Positions 30,329 through 41,050 of a DNA stretch of 64,000 nt are shown here, piece by piece; position 1 is the first letter of the stretch; each line of letters opens with the position of its first letter. Below the pieces are notes generated by a model. That model was not told the DNA's origin and did no database searches. It saw nothing but the letters and a program-made list of their open reading frames with translations. Source of the DNA: Candidatus Methanomethylicaceae archaeon GD_Cm_T35_P0_bin.15 (lineage in GTDB: Archaea > Thermoproteota > Methanomethylicia > Methanomethylicales > Methanomethylicaceae); contig JAULTD010000001.1 of assembly GCA_038801785.1 (NCBI GenBank), positions 441,568 to 505,567 on the forward strand, given 5' to 3'. The position numbers and the translations under genes were made by a program.

Positions 30329-31358
30329 TTATGAGAAATGTTTAGCGACCCATTTAGGCTCGGCGATTGATGAGGAATTAGTTCCAGCGAGTATAAGAAA
30401 TGACTTTGCAAATTCCCTAAGTAGCCCGGCATGAGACAGAGTTTTAACAGCAAGAGCTTCATTAAATAAATACTTCCTAGTTAAATCTCCGGAGAACGGA
30501 GTAGAAATCCAGTTATGTAAATAGTAATTTTCACCTTCATCAACATCACTAAATAGAGTAGTAGCAAATCTGTAATCCGGGAAACAATAGTAATGTTGTA
30601 ATTTGGAAAAACCGGCTAATTTCAGTTTCAAGTCTAATTCCCTTTTGCTAAAAGTGATTATCCCGGGTTTACTTGGGGATCCTTCGATACCATTAAAGAA
30701 CTTCCCAGTGAGATCTTCAGTGTAGCCACACCAGTATTTAATGCCCAGCCTATCTTCAATAGCGAGAACAAGAATCCCGTCAGGCCTTAGCGCGGTTTTT
30801 GCGTGTTTCAATACCAATAAAGCAGATCTCTCGGGCTCTGCAATATCAACAATTTTAGGTGAATACTCCAATACGCCGACTAATACCACAAGATCATACT
30901 CGGGCTTAAAACAAATGCGCATAAAATCAGAGTTATAAATTGTAACATTCTGTAAATCTCTGCACCTTTCACGAGCGATTTTTGATCGGATAAAAGACCC
31001 TTCTACACCTACCACATTACGAAAGTTTTCACCCAAATATCGAGTGATGGCCCCACATCCAGAGCCTAATTCCAGAACATTTAGCGCTTTAGGTAAATCA
31101 AGAGCTTAGTATATTTGAGCGCCCCATGCCGAGGTGACATCGAGTCGGCCAATCGCAAGTTTTCCTTTCGAGCTCTTCCGAATTATCTCGCAAATCACTA
31201 GCATTTTTTAATATGGCATATATTTGATTTTCAGTAAATGCACCATCGGAATATGTGAAAGAACGTTTATCATCAGTTAGAACATAAATACCGCTCTCCC
31301 AATCATAGGTAAAATCGTCAAGGGCATAACTGCCGTTAGTTTTCACCGAAGACACCAC
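30329..31358 (-). pseudogene. Class I SAM-dependent methyltransferase split by a frameshift near 31098-31110 (N-terminal 86-aa ORF 31098-31358 plus C-terminal 235-aa ORF 30329-31036)
   Basis: SAM motif I 'VLELGSGCGAITRYLG' lies in-frame with the downstream ORF but directly after a stop codon and before any start codon. The upstream ORF ends 1 nt out of frame. Confidence 0.55.
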
Positions 31359-31764
31359 ATAACACCTTATACTAAGCTAGATTTATTGGAACTTTAGCAT
31401 TTATAAAAAGAGGGGGTAATCCCGCATATTTTAAAAATACGCCTCACAAACGGATTAAAACACTAAGATCCTCATCGCGCGATTAAGAGCATATCCAACA
31501 TAGTGATTGGACCATCACTATCGATCAAACACGGCGAGTATTGAGTGAAGCGAAGGGTTCCGCAATTTAATTCGTGAAGTGAGCATCAGAAAAGATGAGT
31601 CGGCCAAGCGACAGGCTAACAATCAGAACATCCGCAGACACGGGGGTAAGAAAGATTAGTCCGCAGATACTGATGCGATCATCACGTTAGAATCAAACGT
31701 TCTCAATCATATATTTTGCAGATCATGCGCGACCTGAGGATAGAACTTTTGGAAGTTTAGTGTC

Positions 31765-32266
31765 TTAAACCGTTACTCTCCCCTCGAAGGGCAGAAGGCG
31801 GATCAAACCACAATTCATCTGCCGTACAGAACCTCTATAATATATTTTGCGTAAGGGTAAAGCTGATCCAACTGTTTCCGGGACAGGAAAGCAGAAGATA
31901 CCTCGGCCAGGTCGGACTTTGACAGCAGGTTTAGTCGAGCATAAGCAAACAGAGACGGCCAGAATAACCAACGTTCCAATAATCCAATTAATGTGTAGAA
32001 ACACCATCATGAGCACTACTGATGAAGGGATTGCTGCAAGGATAAGGGAGGAGGCCCGACAGGCAGTATAGCCTATGCGGCGGATCATGAAGTATACCAC
32101 GAACAACGCAACGAATAGACCTGAGATGTAGGTGAGGTTGCGGATCCTCCCGGTGGAGAGGCCGTCAAGGACGGCGACCTCGTTGGAAAGGGAGAGCGCG
32201 CGGGCTAGGCAGGAGCCGATGAAGCCTGCCCCGCTGGTGAGGAGGATCCTTTTTGCTGCGTATCAT
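31765..32266 (-). pseudogene. Chimeric remnant: epimerase 5' fragment (32110-32266, frameshifted at an A5 run) fused to a flippase 3' fragment (31765-32106). Both are diverged duplicates of the genes at 26742-27695 and 27814-29277
   Basis: The translation 'MIRSKK(I)LLTSGAGFIGSCL..' matches 'MMRDKRVLITGGAGFIGSCL..'. '..VYFMIRRIGY..IPSSVVLMMVFLHINWIIGTLVILA' matches the flippase C-terminus. ~100 bp are identical at the nucleotide level. Confidence 0.7.
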
Positions 32267-32329
32267 AAGGTCACCTCAGACATTAATGGTGTAAAAGTAT
32301 TAAAAAGAACCTATGCTTGGATCTGAGCG

Positions 32330-32405
32330 GGGCAGAAAGCGAAGGGCGCTTGAGAACGGGATGGCGAATCGAAGGACGGGCTCAATATAATCCCCACCTA
32401 GTCAT
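32330..32405 (-). pseudogene. Remnant of the 5' end and upstream region of a DUF457 hydrolase gene (duplicate of 26560-26640)
   Basis: 'gaacgggatggcgaa.tcgaaggacgggctcaatataatcccc' matches 'gaacgggatggcgaagtggaggacgggctccatataatcccc' at 26585-26630. Confidence 0.55.
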
Positions 32406-32529
32406 TGCGGCGGTGGAGCCGATAAGCTGTGAGGTGGCAGGGCACCTTCAGTGGGGGCTACCCAAGATATTGAGTTGCTCCTTTTTAGTCTCAGGGCATC
32501 AGTGAGGATACGCAGTGTGCACGTCAACC

Positions 32530-33483
32530 TTATTTAATAATTTGTTTCCTAAATGCGCGTATTCTGCATATGGCAGCATATAAAAACCCAGCGAACCCGC
32601 TTGCATAAACTATAAACTCATCTAGGTTATCGAACTTATCGCCAGCATGAATTCTTTTCAGTTTGAGCGGATGAGTATCATGTGTATTAAACCCAAAATC
32701 GACAGTTAGACCAAAGTCATATCCCGCAGCCATACACAATTGAACCTCTCTATCAGAATAGTCGCCGTTTGGATATGCGATTGCGTTTATGATCAGACCA
32801 TACTCTTTTTCGAGTATGCGTTTCGAGGCAAATATTTCATCGTATGCTTCGTCAGTATTGCATTGCGTTAAGCAAGGATGAAATAAAGTATGAGACTGAA
32901 AGTTTACGTAGGGCAACATTTCGTAAATTTGCTTTTTTGACAAAGCGTGTGGAGTGTCATAGCCTTTTTCATTTTCGAACCCAATCTTCTTCAGGATTTG
33001 GAGTCGTTTATTATTTGAAACTTTTTTCAGTTGCTCAGTTGTAAGCGGCAGATATGCTTCGTTAGATTGTGCTTCTTTGAACCAAAAGTGTCTGTTAGTA
33101 TTTGCAATACCAGAACATAGGAATATTGTTATTGGAACACCATACTTTTTAAATATCGGAAGTAGATCGTAGTTGCTCTTATGCCCGTCATCGAAGGTGA
33201 TCACAAGTGATTTTTTGGGGAAGCGTTCTTTTCTTCTGTATAAATCGAAAAATTCGTTTAAGCTTATTATCTGGTAATTATTCACCAAGTATCTAAACGT
33301 TTTTTCTGCATTCTTAGGATCAATTTCATGAAAGAAGAGTATAGTAACTCTATTTTTTTGAAGGGTCTCCCTAAATATAAAAGGCAACCCCGAGAACCTA
33401 AGGCATAGATATATAAGGCGTCTGATCCGAATATTTTGCCTCGCATAAACCAGCAACTTGGTTAACACCTCTGAAATCGACAT
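32530..33483 (-). CDS. Polysaccharide deacetylase (NodB-homology, CE4 family)
   Basis: NodB motif 'VITFDDGHKSNYD'. Conserved His/Asp pattern ('HTLFHP'). Low GC (~35%). Confidence 0.8.
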   Translation of the reverse strand: MSISEVLTKLLVYARQNIRIRRLIYLCLRFSGLPFIFRETLQKNRVTILFFHEIDPKNAEKTFRYLVNNYQIISLNEFFDLYRRKERFPKKSLVITFDDGHKSNYDLLPIFKKYGVPITIFLCSGIANTNRHFWFKEAQSNEAYLPLTTEQLKKVSNNKRLQILKKIGFENEKGYDTPHALSKKQIYEMLPYVNFQSHTLFHPCLTQCNTDEAYDEIFASKRILEKEYGLIINAIAYPNGDYSDREVQLCMAAGYDFGLTVDFGFNTHDTHPLKLKRIHAGDKFDNLDEFIVYASGFAGFLYAAICRIRAFRKQIIK

Positions 33484-33504
33484 AGTTTGATCGCTAGTCG
33501 CGCT

Positions 33505-34593
33505 TCACCACACGTCTGACTGAAAAAGAGACCAACTCTCACTAAATCTCGTGTCAACTCCACCAACGAAATATGCACTGTCGTTGAAATTAGAAGAGAT
33601 GGGCTTGATTAATAGGCCAGGGAGTTTGCTTTTACCGACTAATTTCATCGCTTTTAATAATCGTACCATTCTATCGCCAGAATATTTAAAACCACTTTTC
33701 CGAAAGTTCAATAACTCCCCCTGATTACGAGTAAAGACAGGCACCAGTATACTGGGGACCAATACTTTTTCAGATATTCCTTTGATTAGACGTATAAAGT
33801 GGTCCGACTTTAAGTATGCATATTCCATCAATGAATAATATTTATTGCTAGTTTTTTGCAATGCAAGATAGCCAGTAGTTTTACCTCCTTCTCTACTATA
33901 TGCATAAACATGTTCGTAAGGACTCCCCCCGAATCGCCAAGTATAAAATTCTTTGTCTCTGATATTGCGAATCTTACTCTTTTCCGTGAATGATTGCATT
34001 AAACTATATATCTCACTAATTTTTAATTCATTTGTAATCTCAAACATTACATTGTTTCGTTCAGACCTGATTTTAGCATCTGAATCACTCTCATAAATAA
34101 GCTTTTTCAAGCCATTTACTGGATAAAAAGAGTACATGTATTCCCGTTCACCCACAGAAATGAAGCCACACTTTAGGTAACCAGCGGTAGATGCTTCATT
34201 TGACGAAAGGCTTAGTAAAAATCGAATATTCGAATTTTCACGCATATCTTCGAAAGCATAGTTAGTAAGGCTGGAAAAAAGTCCTTGCCGCCTAAAATCT
34301 GGATGAACGATTGTGTCAGCTGAAATTCCGACCAAGAATTCGTCACTATTGCAGGTAAGCTTCTGAATTACAAAAGAACGCTGAGCGATAATACGATCCC
34401 CATAGAGAACGAGATATCTAAACGGTCTTTTAGTGTAGGGGTTGCTTTCATAAATCCACTCAACTAACTTTTTCCTCTCATTGAAATTTTTATTTCGCCA
34501 TTGAAGGCCTAGAAATTCAACTAGTTGATCTTTTAAACTAGAATCGTACCTACAGATGCGGACTTTAGGCATATCTTGCATTCCCCTTAGCAA
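33505..34593 (-). CDS. GNAT-fold acyltransferase, two-lobed (FemAB/CelD-like) family
   Basis: 'HPDFRRQGLFSSL' GNAT motif A. 362 aa. Very low GC. Confidence 0.5.
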   Translation of the reverse strand: MLRGMQDMPKVRICRYDSSLKDQLVEFLGLQWRNKNFNERKKLVEWIYESNPYTKRPFRYLVLYGDRIIAQRSFVIQKLTCNSDEFLVGISADTIVHPDFRRQGLFSSLTNYAFEDMRENSNIRFLLSLSSNEASTAGYLKCGFISVGEREYMYSFYPVNGLKKLIYESDSDAKIRSERNNVMFEITNELKISEIYSLMQSFTEKSKIRNIRDKEFYTWRFGGSPYEHVYAYSREGGKTTGYLALQKTSNKYYSLMEYAYLKSDHFIRLIKGISEKVLVPSILVPVFTRNQGELLNFRKSGFKYSGDRMVRLLKAMKLVGKSKLPGLLIKPISSNFNDSAYFVGGVDTRFSESWSLFQSDVW

Positions 34594-34854
34594 GTCTTAA
34601 CCATCAAAGCATCAACAGATAAATAAAAGATCTAAATTGTTCTCCACCTATCTTTTGTGGTAAATCATTGATAGTTTTAGCCGAGACTTCATTTTACTCG
34701 ACTATGTTTTATGTCTTTGCATTTGTATAATCTCCCCGTTTTTTCAACAGGAGTTTTGTTACGCCAAGCCAGCCCTCGACTCTATACGATGCTGTAGAAA
34801 CATCAGATATGAGTTTATTAGGTGTTTTATGTTCGCAAGCTATGCTAGTCAAAT

Positions 34855-35949
34855 CTAAAGATTTTCTATGACGGAGTTAATCTTATTAGATATTTTTTTC
34901 CAATCAAACAAGTCAACTGCCAATTTGCGAGATTGCTCAGACATTTTACAAAGCTCTTCATCGGATAACGCCTTAAGATATCGAAAGCCTTCAATAAGAT
35001 CGACGCACTTGTTAGAACGAGCTACAAAACCACAGCGATATTGTCTTGTTAAAAAGGATGCGTCACCGACATCAGTTACTAAAACGGGCTTTCCCATTGC
35101 CACATATTCAGCGAATTTTGTAGGAGCGGCTACGGCAGTTGCTACGTTAATTGGTCTTGGCAAAACCAAGACGTCGCAAGCCGCATAATACTTGGGAATC
35201 GCCTCTCTCGACATGCTTGGCAGCTTAATAATATCGCGCTTCCTCCAAACAGAATTACCACCGACTATAAGAAAAGCAAACCGTTCATCGTTTGTTGCAT
35301 GTGCAGCGTTAATAAATTCTTCAACTCCTTGCCAAGGTTGCATACCACCAATGTAACCTATCACGAATTTCTTATCAATACCAAGCCTAGTACGTGTTGG
35401 TTGGGCTCCATCGCCAATAGGTTTGAATCTCTCCAAATCGACGCCATTAGTTATATATTCCATTTTATCATAACTAGTGTCATATCTGATTCGATTATAT
35501 TGCATCATAGTTTTAGAAACACAAAAAACTTTATCAGACGTCTCCAAGGCAATTTTCTCCATTAAAAGAGCGGTGTTTGACAATATGTTTTTTTTCCAAT
35601 AGTCATTAGAGAGCAATAGTTCATCCCGAGCATAACCATGCATATCAAATATTTGTGGTACGCGTTTAACGCGTAAGCAAGAAAGGAAAGCAGGCAAACA
35701 CCTGTTTGCAAAAATCAGTTGGGGCGAGTGTTTGCGTATCAAAGCGTTTATTTTTACTGCTGCATCTAGTCTAAATCTAGAAACAGCCATAGTTTCATCA
35801 AAGTTATTATCGGTTGTTCGCCTGGTGCTTAAATTAATTAACTTAACATCATGGTTAAATGATTTAAGCATCTGCGTAATCTTTAATATGCGTATCCACA
35901 TCGAGTCTTGGGGATCACATGGGCCTATACAAATTGAAAGAATTTTCAA
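34855..35949 (-). CDS. Glycosyltransferase family 4 (GT-B, retaining)
   Basis: C-terminal 'FAEYVAMGKPVLVTDVG' (E-x7-E-like) and 'IGGMQPWQG' are typical of GT4. Confidence 0.8.
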   Translation of the reverse strand: MKILSICIGPCDPQDSMWIRILKITQMLKSFNHDVKLINLSTRRTTDNNFDETMAVSRFRLDAAVKINALIRKHSPQLIFANRCLPAFLSCLRVKRVPQIFDMHGYARDELLLSNDYWKKNILSNTALLMEKIALETSDKVFCVSKTMMQYNRIRYDTSYDKMEYITNGVDLERFKPIGDGAQPTRTRLGIDKKFVIGYIGGMQPWQGVEEFINAAHATNDERFAFLIVGGNSVWRKRDIIKLPSMSREAIPKYYAACDVLVLPRPINVATAVAAPTKFAEYVAMGKPVLVTDVGDASFLTRQYRCGFVARSNKCVDLIEGFRYLKALSDEELCKMSEQSRKLAVDLFDWKKISNKINSVIENL

Positions 35950-36255
35950 TTTTAATACTTTAATTAAGTTTTTTAAATATACGATATATCAAGATAAAGT
36001 TATCGTGGGTCTCCGGCATATATTGCATGTAATGAGGCGTTATGCAGAATAACCCTTCTTATGCAGCTCATAGTAGTAACACTAGACACGCGTACAGATT
36101 AGTTACAAATACAGGCACGAAAACGGAGGGTCTTTCTGCCAATAGAACGGCGCTCTCGACCCAATATCTATAAGATTAGAATTGCTAAACTAAAGAGATA
36201 GTTATAAAGGAGGGCATCATCTATAAATTTAGAGGCATAATTTAAATAAAAACAG

Positions 36256-38430
36256 TTATCCCCATATTTCGGAATATCCATTATCGTATAACTTATTTTC
36301 GACCTCTAGTCGATCAAGATAAACATTAAGCGGAAAGGCGACGGCTGTCGAATCTACACCTAATTTTTCAATAACGTTATAATACCTAAGGAAGACATGA
36401 CCAACTGTGCCGTCTTGTTCAAAAAAAGTTATGATATGACGGATGCTCGCAGGAGGGATGCCCCCCTGACTTATTAATCGAGAAGCACTGCCAGAATCAC
36501 AATAAATTATTGTTCCTTCAACCATCTGATTGCTTAACCAACTACTAGCACGAGATTCACCAGCATGGACATACCTTAAATGATAATCAGCGCCTGTGGA
36601 ACTCAACTGTACAGTACTAGGTTGGTTAAACAATTGATAGTGAAGACCACTAGTTACGGCAAAATAGGGAATTAAAACGAGAAGTATGATAAAGACGGCC
36701 CTCTTCATTTGGAATAATTTCGCTATTCGTATACCACCGAGAACGAAAAAAATAGATAGAACAGGCGTCATCATGAAAAAGAGACGGCCCATATCGTATA
36801 CTTTGAGACATAAAGGCACTACCACAGATACCATCAATATTGCAGAACAAACGCAAGATAAGATGAAAAAGCTAAAATCAAGTTTGGATTTTAGAAAAGG
36901 AGATTCAGATTTATGAGAAATAGGTAATGGATAACGCTTTATTAAAATACTAATTATACCTACCCCAATAAAGGCGATTGCCGCCCAAGAGGAGATGCCC
37001 TCTATCACGTACGGAATGCCTTTCGTAAATTTGGCGCCAAAAAGAGATGTCGCACCGCCGCGCGAACTAACATTAAAGAACTCATCGAAGCCCGTCAGAA
37101 TGCTATAAAAAGCGTGTGTGCCAACCTCAAGAGGGGCATAAGTAACATAACTGTACCAAATAAAGGCGATCACGGAACAACTGGCGATTACTTTTATTGA
37201 GATGGGATTTCCTGCATATTTTAGTGGGTTTGAGTCACGATCATCTAATTTACATGAGAGATCTAAGTTTGCTTTTCTAAAATTGTAAATAAGATTAACC
37301 GCTATCCACATAAATATAAGAATACCGAGGAAAATATAGGCGCTAGTATAATGCGACACAACGCAAGAAAAGGCAAAAATAACTAACAAAATGTTTTTTT
37401 TAAAGGTATGTATTTTATCATTAAATAGAACCAGAATAAAAATAGCAAAAAAGAGTATTGCAATATTAGTCCGGGCGCTAGCAGCGGTATTGAAATAAGC
37501 ATATTGTGAGATAAAAAAGAATGCGGCTAAATAAGAGTAAAAGTTTGTCAAGTATCTTCTCGATATGCTATACACCGCCAAGGGCGAAATTGAAAAGAGG
37601 AGGGGATACAATATTTTGAAAAGCGATTCGCTTTCCAGATTCAGAAACTCTAGGTAAACCGTGGGGAGCAGAGTAACGCTCAAGCAGGCATTTAGAATAT
37701 TGTTTTCGAACATTTCCCAGTGTTGAGCTTGGAAAGTTTTACGGAAGAAGTAGTATTCCCGATGTGTATCAATGCCGATTATAAAATCTGACCTTAAACT
37801 CAGCAATATCATAACAGAGATGCCTATGAGGAGCAGACTTAAGGGATAAACTCTGTCGGAAATCGATTTACGCCATACAGACATTGAGATTAAATAAAAA
37901 CATATAAGTAGTAGAAGGGCGATGGACATAACGTTATTATTATGTGTATTAAACACATAACTTCCAAAAACTCCGAGCAATGGAAATATACCAGCCACAA
38001 GTAAAGCGAATTTATCATTCATAGAAATGACTGGGTTAGGATAAGGCATACGATCTGCACCACGGTTTCGCAAATAAGAGAGAACCAGCAACACGATAAC
38101 AACCACATTAAATGGACCGAGGAGAGAGGATATAGCTAAAGGCGTGTTTGAAAATAAGGATCCTATCGAATTCATAATTAATCCAAAACATATCGAGAAA
38201 GCTATGCTTAGAGCTACGCTTAAGACGATTTTTTCAGTCACTGTAAGAGCGGGGATTTTTAGCCTAGAAAGAATAAGGGCGCCAGGGAGAATGGTTAAAA
38301 GAATAAAACCTGAGACCTGCCTAATAATTGGGATGTCAAAAATAATGCTGGCATTCGAAACTACTAAAAAGTTTAGTATAACTATTAAGTACATGCACGA
38401 TTTCGATTTCCAGCCTAATTTCAGCTTCAT
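36256..38430 (-). CDS. Large polytopic membrane protein (>=14 TM) with a C-terminal ~170-aa extracytoplasmic domain; candidate glycan polymerase or ligase
   Basis: 724 aa. Hydrophobic throughout the first ~550 aa. Located inside the glycan cluster. No WWDYG motif, so it is not called AglB. Confidence 0.45.
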   Translation of the reverse strand: MKLKLGWKSKSCMYLIVILNFLVVSNASIIFDIPIIRQVSGFILLTILPGALILSRLKIPALTVTEKIVLSVALSIAFSICFGLIMNSIGSLFSNTPLAISSLLGPFNVVVIVLLVLSYLRNRGADRMPYPNPVISMNDKFALLVAGIFPLLGVFGSYVFNTHNNNVMSIALLLLICFYLISMSVWRKSISDRVYPLSLLLIGISVMILLSLRSDFIIGIDTHREYYFFRKTFQAQHWEMFENNILNACLSVTLLPTVYLEFLNLESESLFKILYPLLFSISPLAVYSISRRYLTNFYSYLAAFFFISQYAYFNTAASARTNIAILFFAIFILVLFNDKIHTFKKNILLVIFAFSCVVSHYTSAYIFLGILIFMWIAVNLIYNFRKANLDLSCKLDDRDSNPLKYAGNPISIKVIASCSVIAFIWYSYVTYAPLEVGTHAFYSILTGFDEFFNVSSRGGATSLFGAKFTKGIPYVIEGISSWAAIAFIGVGIISILIKRYPLPISHKSESPFLKSKLDFSFFILSCVCSAILMVSVVVPLCLKVYDMGRLFFMMTPVLSIFFVLGGIRIAKLFQMKRAVFIILLVLIPYFAVTSGLHYQLFNQPSTVQLSSTGADYHLRYVHAGESRASSWLSNQMVEGTIIYCDSGSASRLISQGGIPPASIRHIITFFEQDGTVGHVFLRYYNVIEKLGVDSTAVAFPLNVYLDRLEVENKLYDNGYSEIWG

Positions 38431-38460
38431 GTTTGTAGATTAAATAAGTTTTCCCACCGT

Positions 38461-39642
38461 CTAACCATGTTCAACTATAACCGCTCGATACAGTTCTTCG
38501 ATCTCATTAAGAACGCTATTGAGAGAAAATTTAGAGCCCACCATGCTTCTTGAACGTTCCCCCATAATGCTACATTGTTCAGGATTACTTAGGAGATATG
38601 TCATTTGTGTACACAACTCGGAGACGCTACCATCTTTAAAAATTAACCCTGTTATGCCATCTTGTACAAGGTCTTGCATGGATTCTACATCTGACGCGAT
38701 AACAGGTCTAGAACAAGCATTAGACTCTAGCACCACCATAGGAAAAGCCTCATATCTGGAAGGCAACACTACAAACTCGGAATCAACGTATGCTTCGAGC
38801 TTTTCTCGACCATACAGAGGACCTGTCAACAATATAAAGCGATCCAACCCTAGGTAGTTGATTAAACCCTCGATTTCTGCACGATAGCCATCATCAGGAC
38901 CTGCAATCACAAGCCGAATATTTGTCAATCCTGTACGATTAATCAGTTGTGCGTAGGCCTTAATGAGAATATCAACACCTTTAATCCGATGAAGGCGGCC
39001 TATAAACAACACAATTCGTGCATCATTAGATAGACCTAATTTTCGCTTAAAGAAGTTCTTGGGAGGGAGTTCACCGTATGTCGAAAGATCGACGACATTA
39101 GGAATAATAGCTATTTTTTCTTTGGGCACCCCTATTTGCATATATTGCATTGCCTCAGAAGTTGTTAATGCAATACATCTCGAAGCCGATTTCATTATTC
39201 GATAACCGACTGAATAATCATAGATGGCTTTGAGCCATCCTTTCCCCATCATTCGTGGGAGCGATCCATGAGCCTGAAAGAGGAAGGGGATGCTATATTT
39301 CTTAGCGTAAAAAGCTATGAGATTCTGGAATGTCGGGTGTCCGTGCAAGTGAATCAAATCAAATCGCTCTGACCTGAAAGATGTGACCAACTCAGGGGTT
39401 ATGAAAAGATTCAAGTTTTTTACGAGCGCCATTGACAAATTACGCATGTACCGTACCTTCACTCCATCTATATTTTTTTTATTTTCAGGAATTCTAGTAA
39501 CGCGATCCTTGGCGTCAGAGGTAAAAACAGTTACATCATGCCCTCTTTGGCGTAATCCTTTAGAAATCAGATAGGCACTTGTCGCCACTCCTCCAAAGGA
39601 ATGAGCGGGAACAAAAAACGGTGCTACGTGAAGGATGCGCAT
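38461..39642 (-). CDS. Glycosyltransferase family 4
   Basis: 'EAFPMVVLESNACSRPVIASD' E-x7-E motif. GT-B N-terminal 'MRILHVAPFFVP'. Confidence 0.88.
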   Translation of the reverse strand: MRILHVAPFFVPAHSFGGVATSAYLISKGLRQRGHDVTVFTSDAKDRVTRIPENKKNIDGVKVRYMRNLSMALVKNLNLFITPELVTSFRSERFDLIHLHGHPTFQNLIAFYAKKYSIPFLFQAHGSLPRMMGKGWLKAIYDYSVGYRIMKSASRCIALTTSEAMQYMQIGVPKEKIAIIPNVVDLSTYGELPPKNFFKRKLGLSNDARIVLFIGRLHRIKGVDILIKAYAQLINRTGLTNIRLVIAGPDDGYRAEIEGLINYLGLDRFILLTGPLYGREKLEAYVDSEFVVLPSRYEAFPMVVLESNACSRPVIASDVESMQDLVQDGITGLIFKDGSVSELCTQMTYLLSNPEQCSIMGERSRSMVGSKFSLNSVLNEIEELYRAVIVEHG

Positions 39643-39689
39643 CCCTAGAACGATCTGACTCGATCGGCTCTAGTCATGACCTCGGCGCT

Positions 39690-39900
39690 AAACATCTACA
39701 CTAGTCCAGTAGTCCACATTCCATTGGGGCACACTGCCCACCACGGAGTAGGTTTCCTGCGGGGATGTGAAGGCATACTGAACGCTGACCCAAGAATCAG
39801 CAATAGTCGCATCGACTGAAGATTCGCTCGGTACTGCAGGGACGGCTCCAAGTGAGGCAATTACTGCAAGTATTAGTAAAAAAGAATACTCGCCTCAAAT
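39690..39900 (-). pseudogene. Decayed 5' fragment of a DUF1616-family gene (paralog of 45266-46294); start codon mutated ATG->ATT
   Basis: The translation '..LILAVIASLGAVPAVPSESSVDATIADSWVSVQYAFTSPQETYSVVGSVPQ' matches 'LALAVIASLGAVSAVQGAPADATIAGSWASVQDAFVSLQDAYAVAGSVPQ'. Nucleotide alignment confirms it. Confidence 0.65.
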
Positions 39901-39997
39901 TCAATCTACATTAGTAAGCGTACGTTTTTGAGCATAACCTTCAACAAAAAGATTTCTCAAGAAGGTCTTTTATCAATAGGGGCACCAAACTATAGTT

Positions 39998-41002
39998 TCA
40001 GGTTTTTAGGAGATTAACTAAAGAGCATTTTATCCAAGAAAGAGGTCTAATAGCCAAATGATCAAATAAGTAAGTGGGCAAATTTACGCCTGTACACAGC
40101 TTAGTTATTCTATCCATTTCATCTGCGTTCAGGATGATATTAGGCGCCTCAGCGTTTGCAGCAACCTGATCCTCTGTCAGTGCTGCGGGTATTGGGGTAA
40201 ACCCCTTGTTAATAATGTAGGCTAACGCTAGTTGAGCGATACTCACCCCTCTTTCCTCAGATAGATTGCCTAGAAACTCAAACAAGGGAGTCGCTTTTTT
40301 AAGAAGAGATTGACGATTTACAAAATTAAAGGCCCTCGCCCTATCTTTTGCTAAGCGTTTGGCGTCATATTTGCCAGTCAATATCTCTCCTGCCAAGGGG
40401 CTGTAGCTAATTATTTCAATAGAATGTTTCTTGCAGTAGGGAATTATCTGTTGCTCTGCTCGTCTTGATAGAAGATTATATTCTATCTCATTAGCTATAA
40501 TTTCGCAGGAGGTTAAGTTCTCCTGAGCCCGTTCTAAGAGATAGCTACAGAAATTACTCACTCCAATATATCTAATCTTACCTTTTTTAACTAAGTATTC
40601 TAGAGTGCGAAAGGTTTCCTGGAATCTTATGAGGGGATTGGGATAATGTATAAGATATAAATCAATGTAATTTATACCTAATCGCCTCAGGCTACCATCA
40701 ACGGCTTTCACAATGTTATGCGATCTTAAATTCCATGGAGCGACCTTTGATACAATAACATAATCTTCCCTTTTGTAAGGTTTTAAGGCGTTGCCAAGCA
40801 ATTCTTCTGCTTTACCATTGCCATATGTTTCAGCAGTATCAAAGAAGTTGATGCCCTCATCCATACAACGACGAACAACTCGAACAATGGTATCATCAGA
40901 ATAGCGAATGCCGTGACCCCAAGCGCTGCAACCAAACTGACCTGATCCTTGACCCACTAAAGAGGTTTTTAAATCACTCTTACCAAATTTGCGATATTTC
41001 AT
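39998..41002 (-). CDS. Aldo/keto reductase family oxidoreductase
   Basis: 'FFDTAETYGNGKAEELLG' and 'IRYIGVSNF' are AKR signatures. Confidence 0.88.
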   Translation of the reverse strand: MKYRKFGKSDLKTSLVGQGSGQFGCSAWGHGIRYSDDTIVRVVRRCMDEGINFFDTAETYGNGKAEELLGNALKPYKREDYVIVSKVAPWNLRSHNIVKAVDGSLRRLGINYIDLYLIHYPNPLIRFQETFRTLEYLVKKGKIRYIGVSNFCSYLLERAQENLTSCEIIANEIEYNLLSRRAEQQIIPYCKKHSIEIISYSPLAGEILTGKYDAKRLAKDRARAFNFVNRQSLLKKATPLFEFLGNLSEERGVSIAQLALAYIINKGFTPIPAALTEDQVAANAEAPNIILNADEMDRITKLCTGVNLPTYLFDHLAIRPLSWIKCSLVNLLKT

Positions 41003-41050
41003 GGTTATACGATTGTAGACGCGATATTACTTAAGCACGAAATGATCGTT

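Noticed and set aside
36650-36916. Small ORFs on both strands inside the 724-aa membrane protein gene
   Set aside because: They are embedded in a long, consistently hydrophobic ORF. Such ORFs occur by chance in AT-rich coding sequence.
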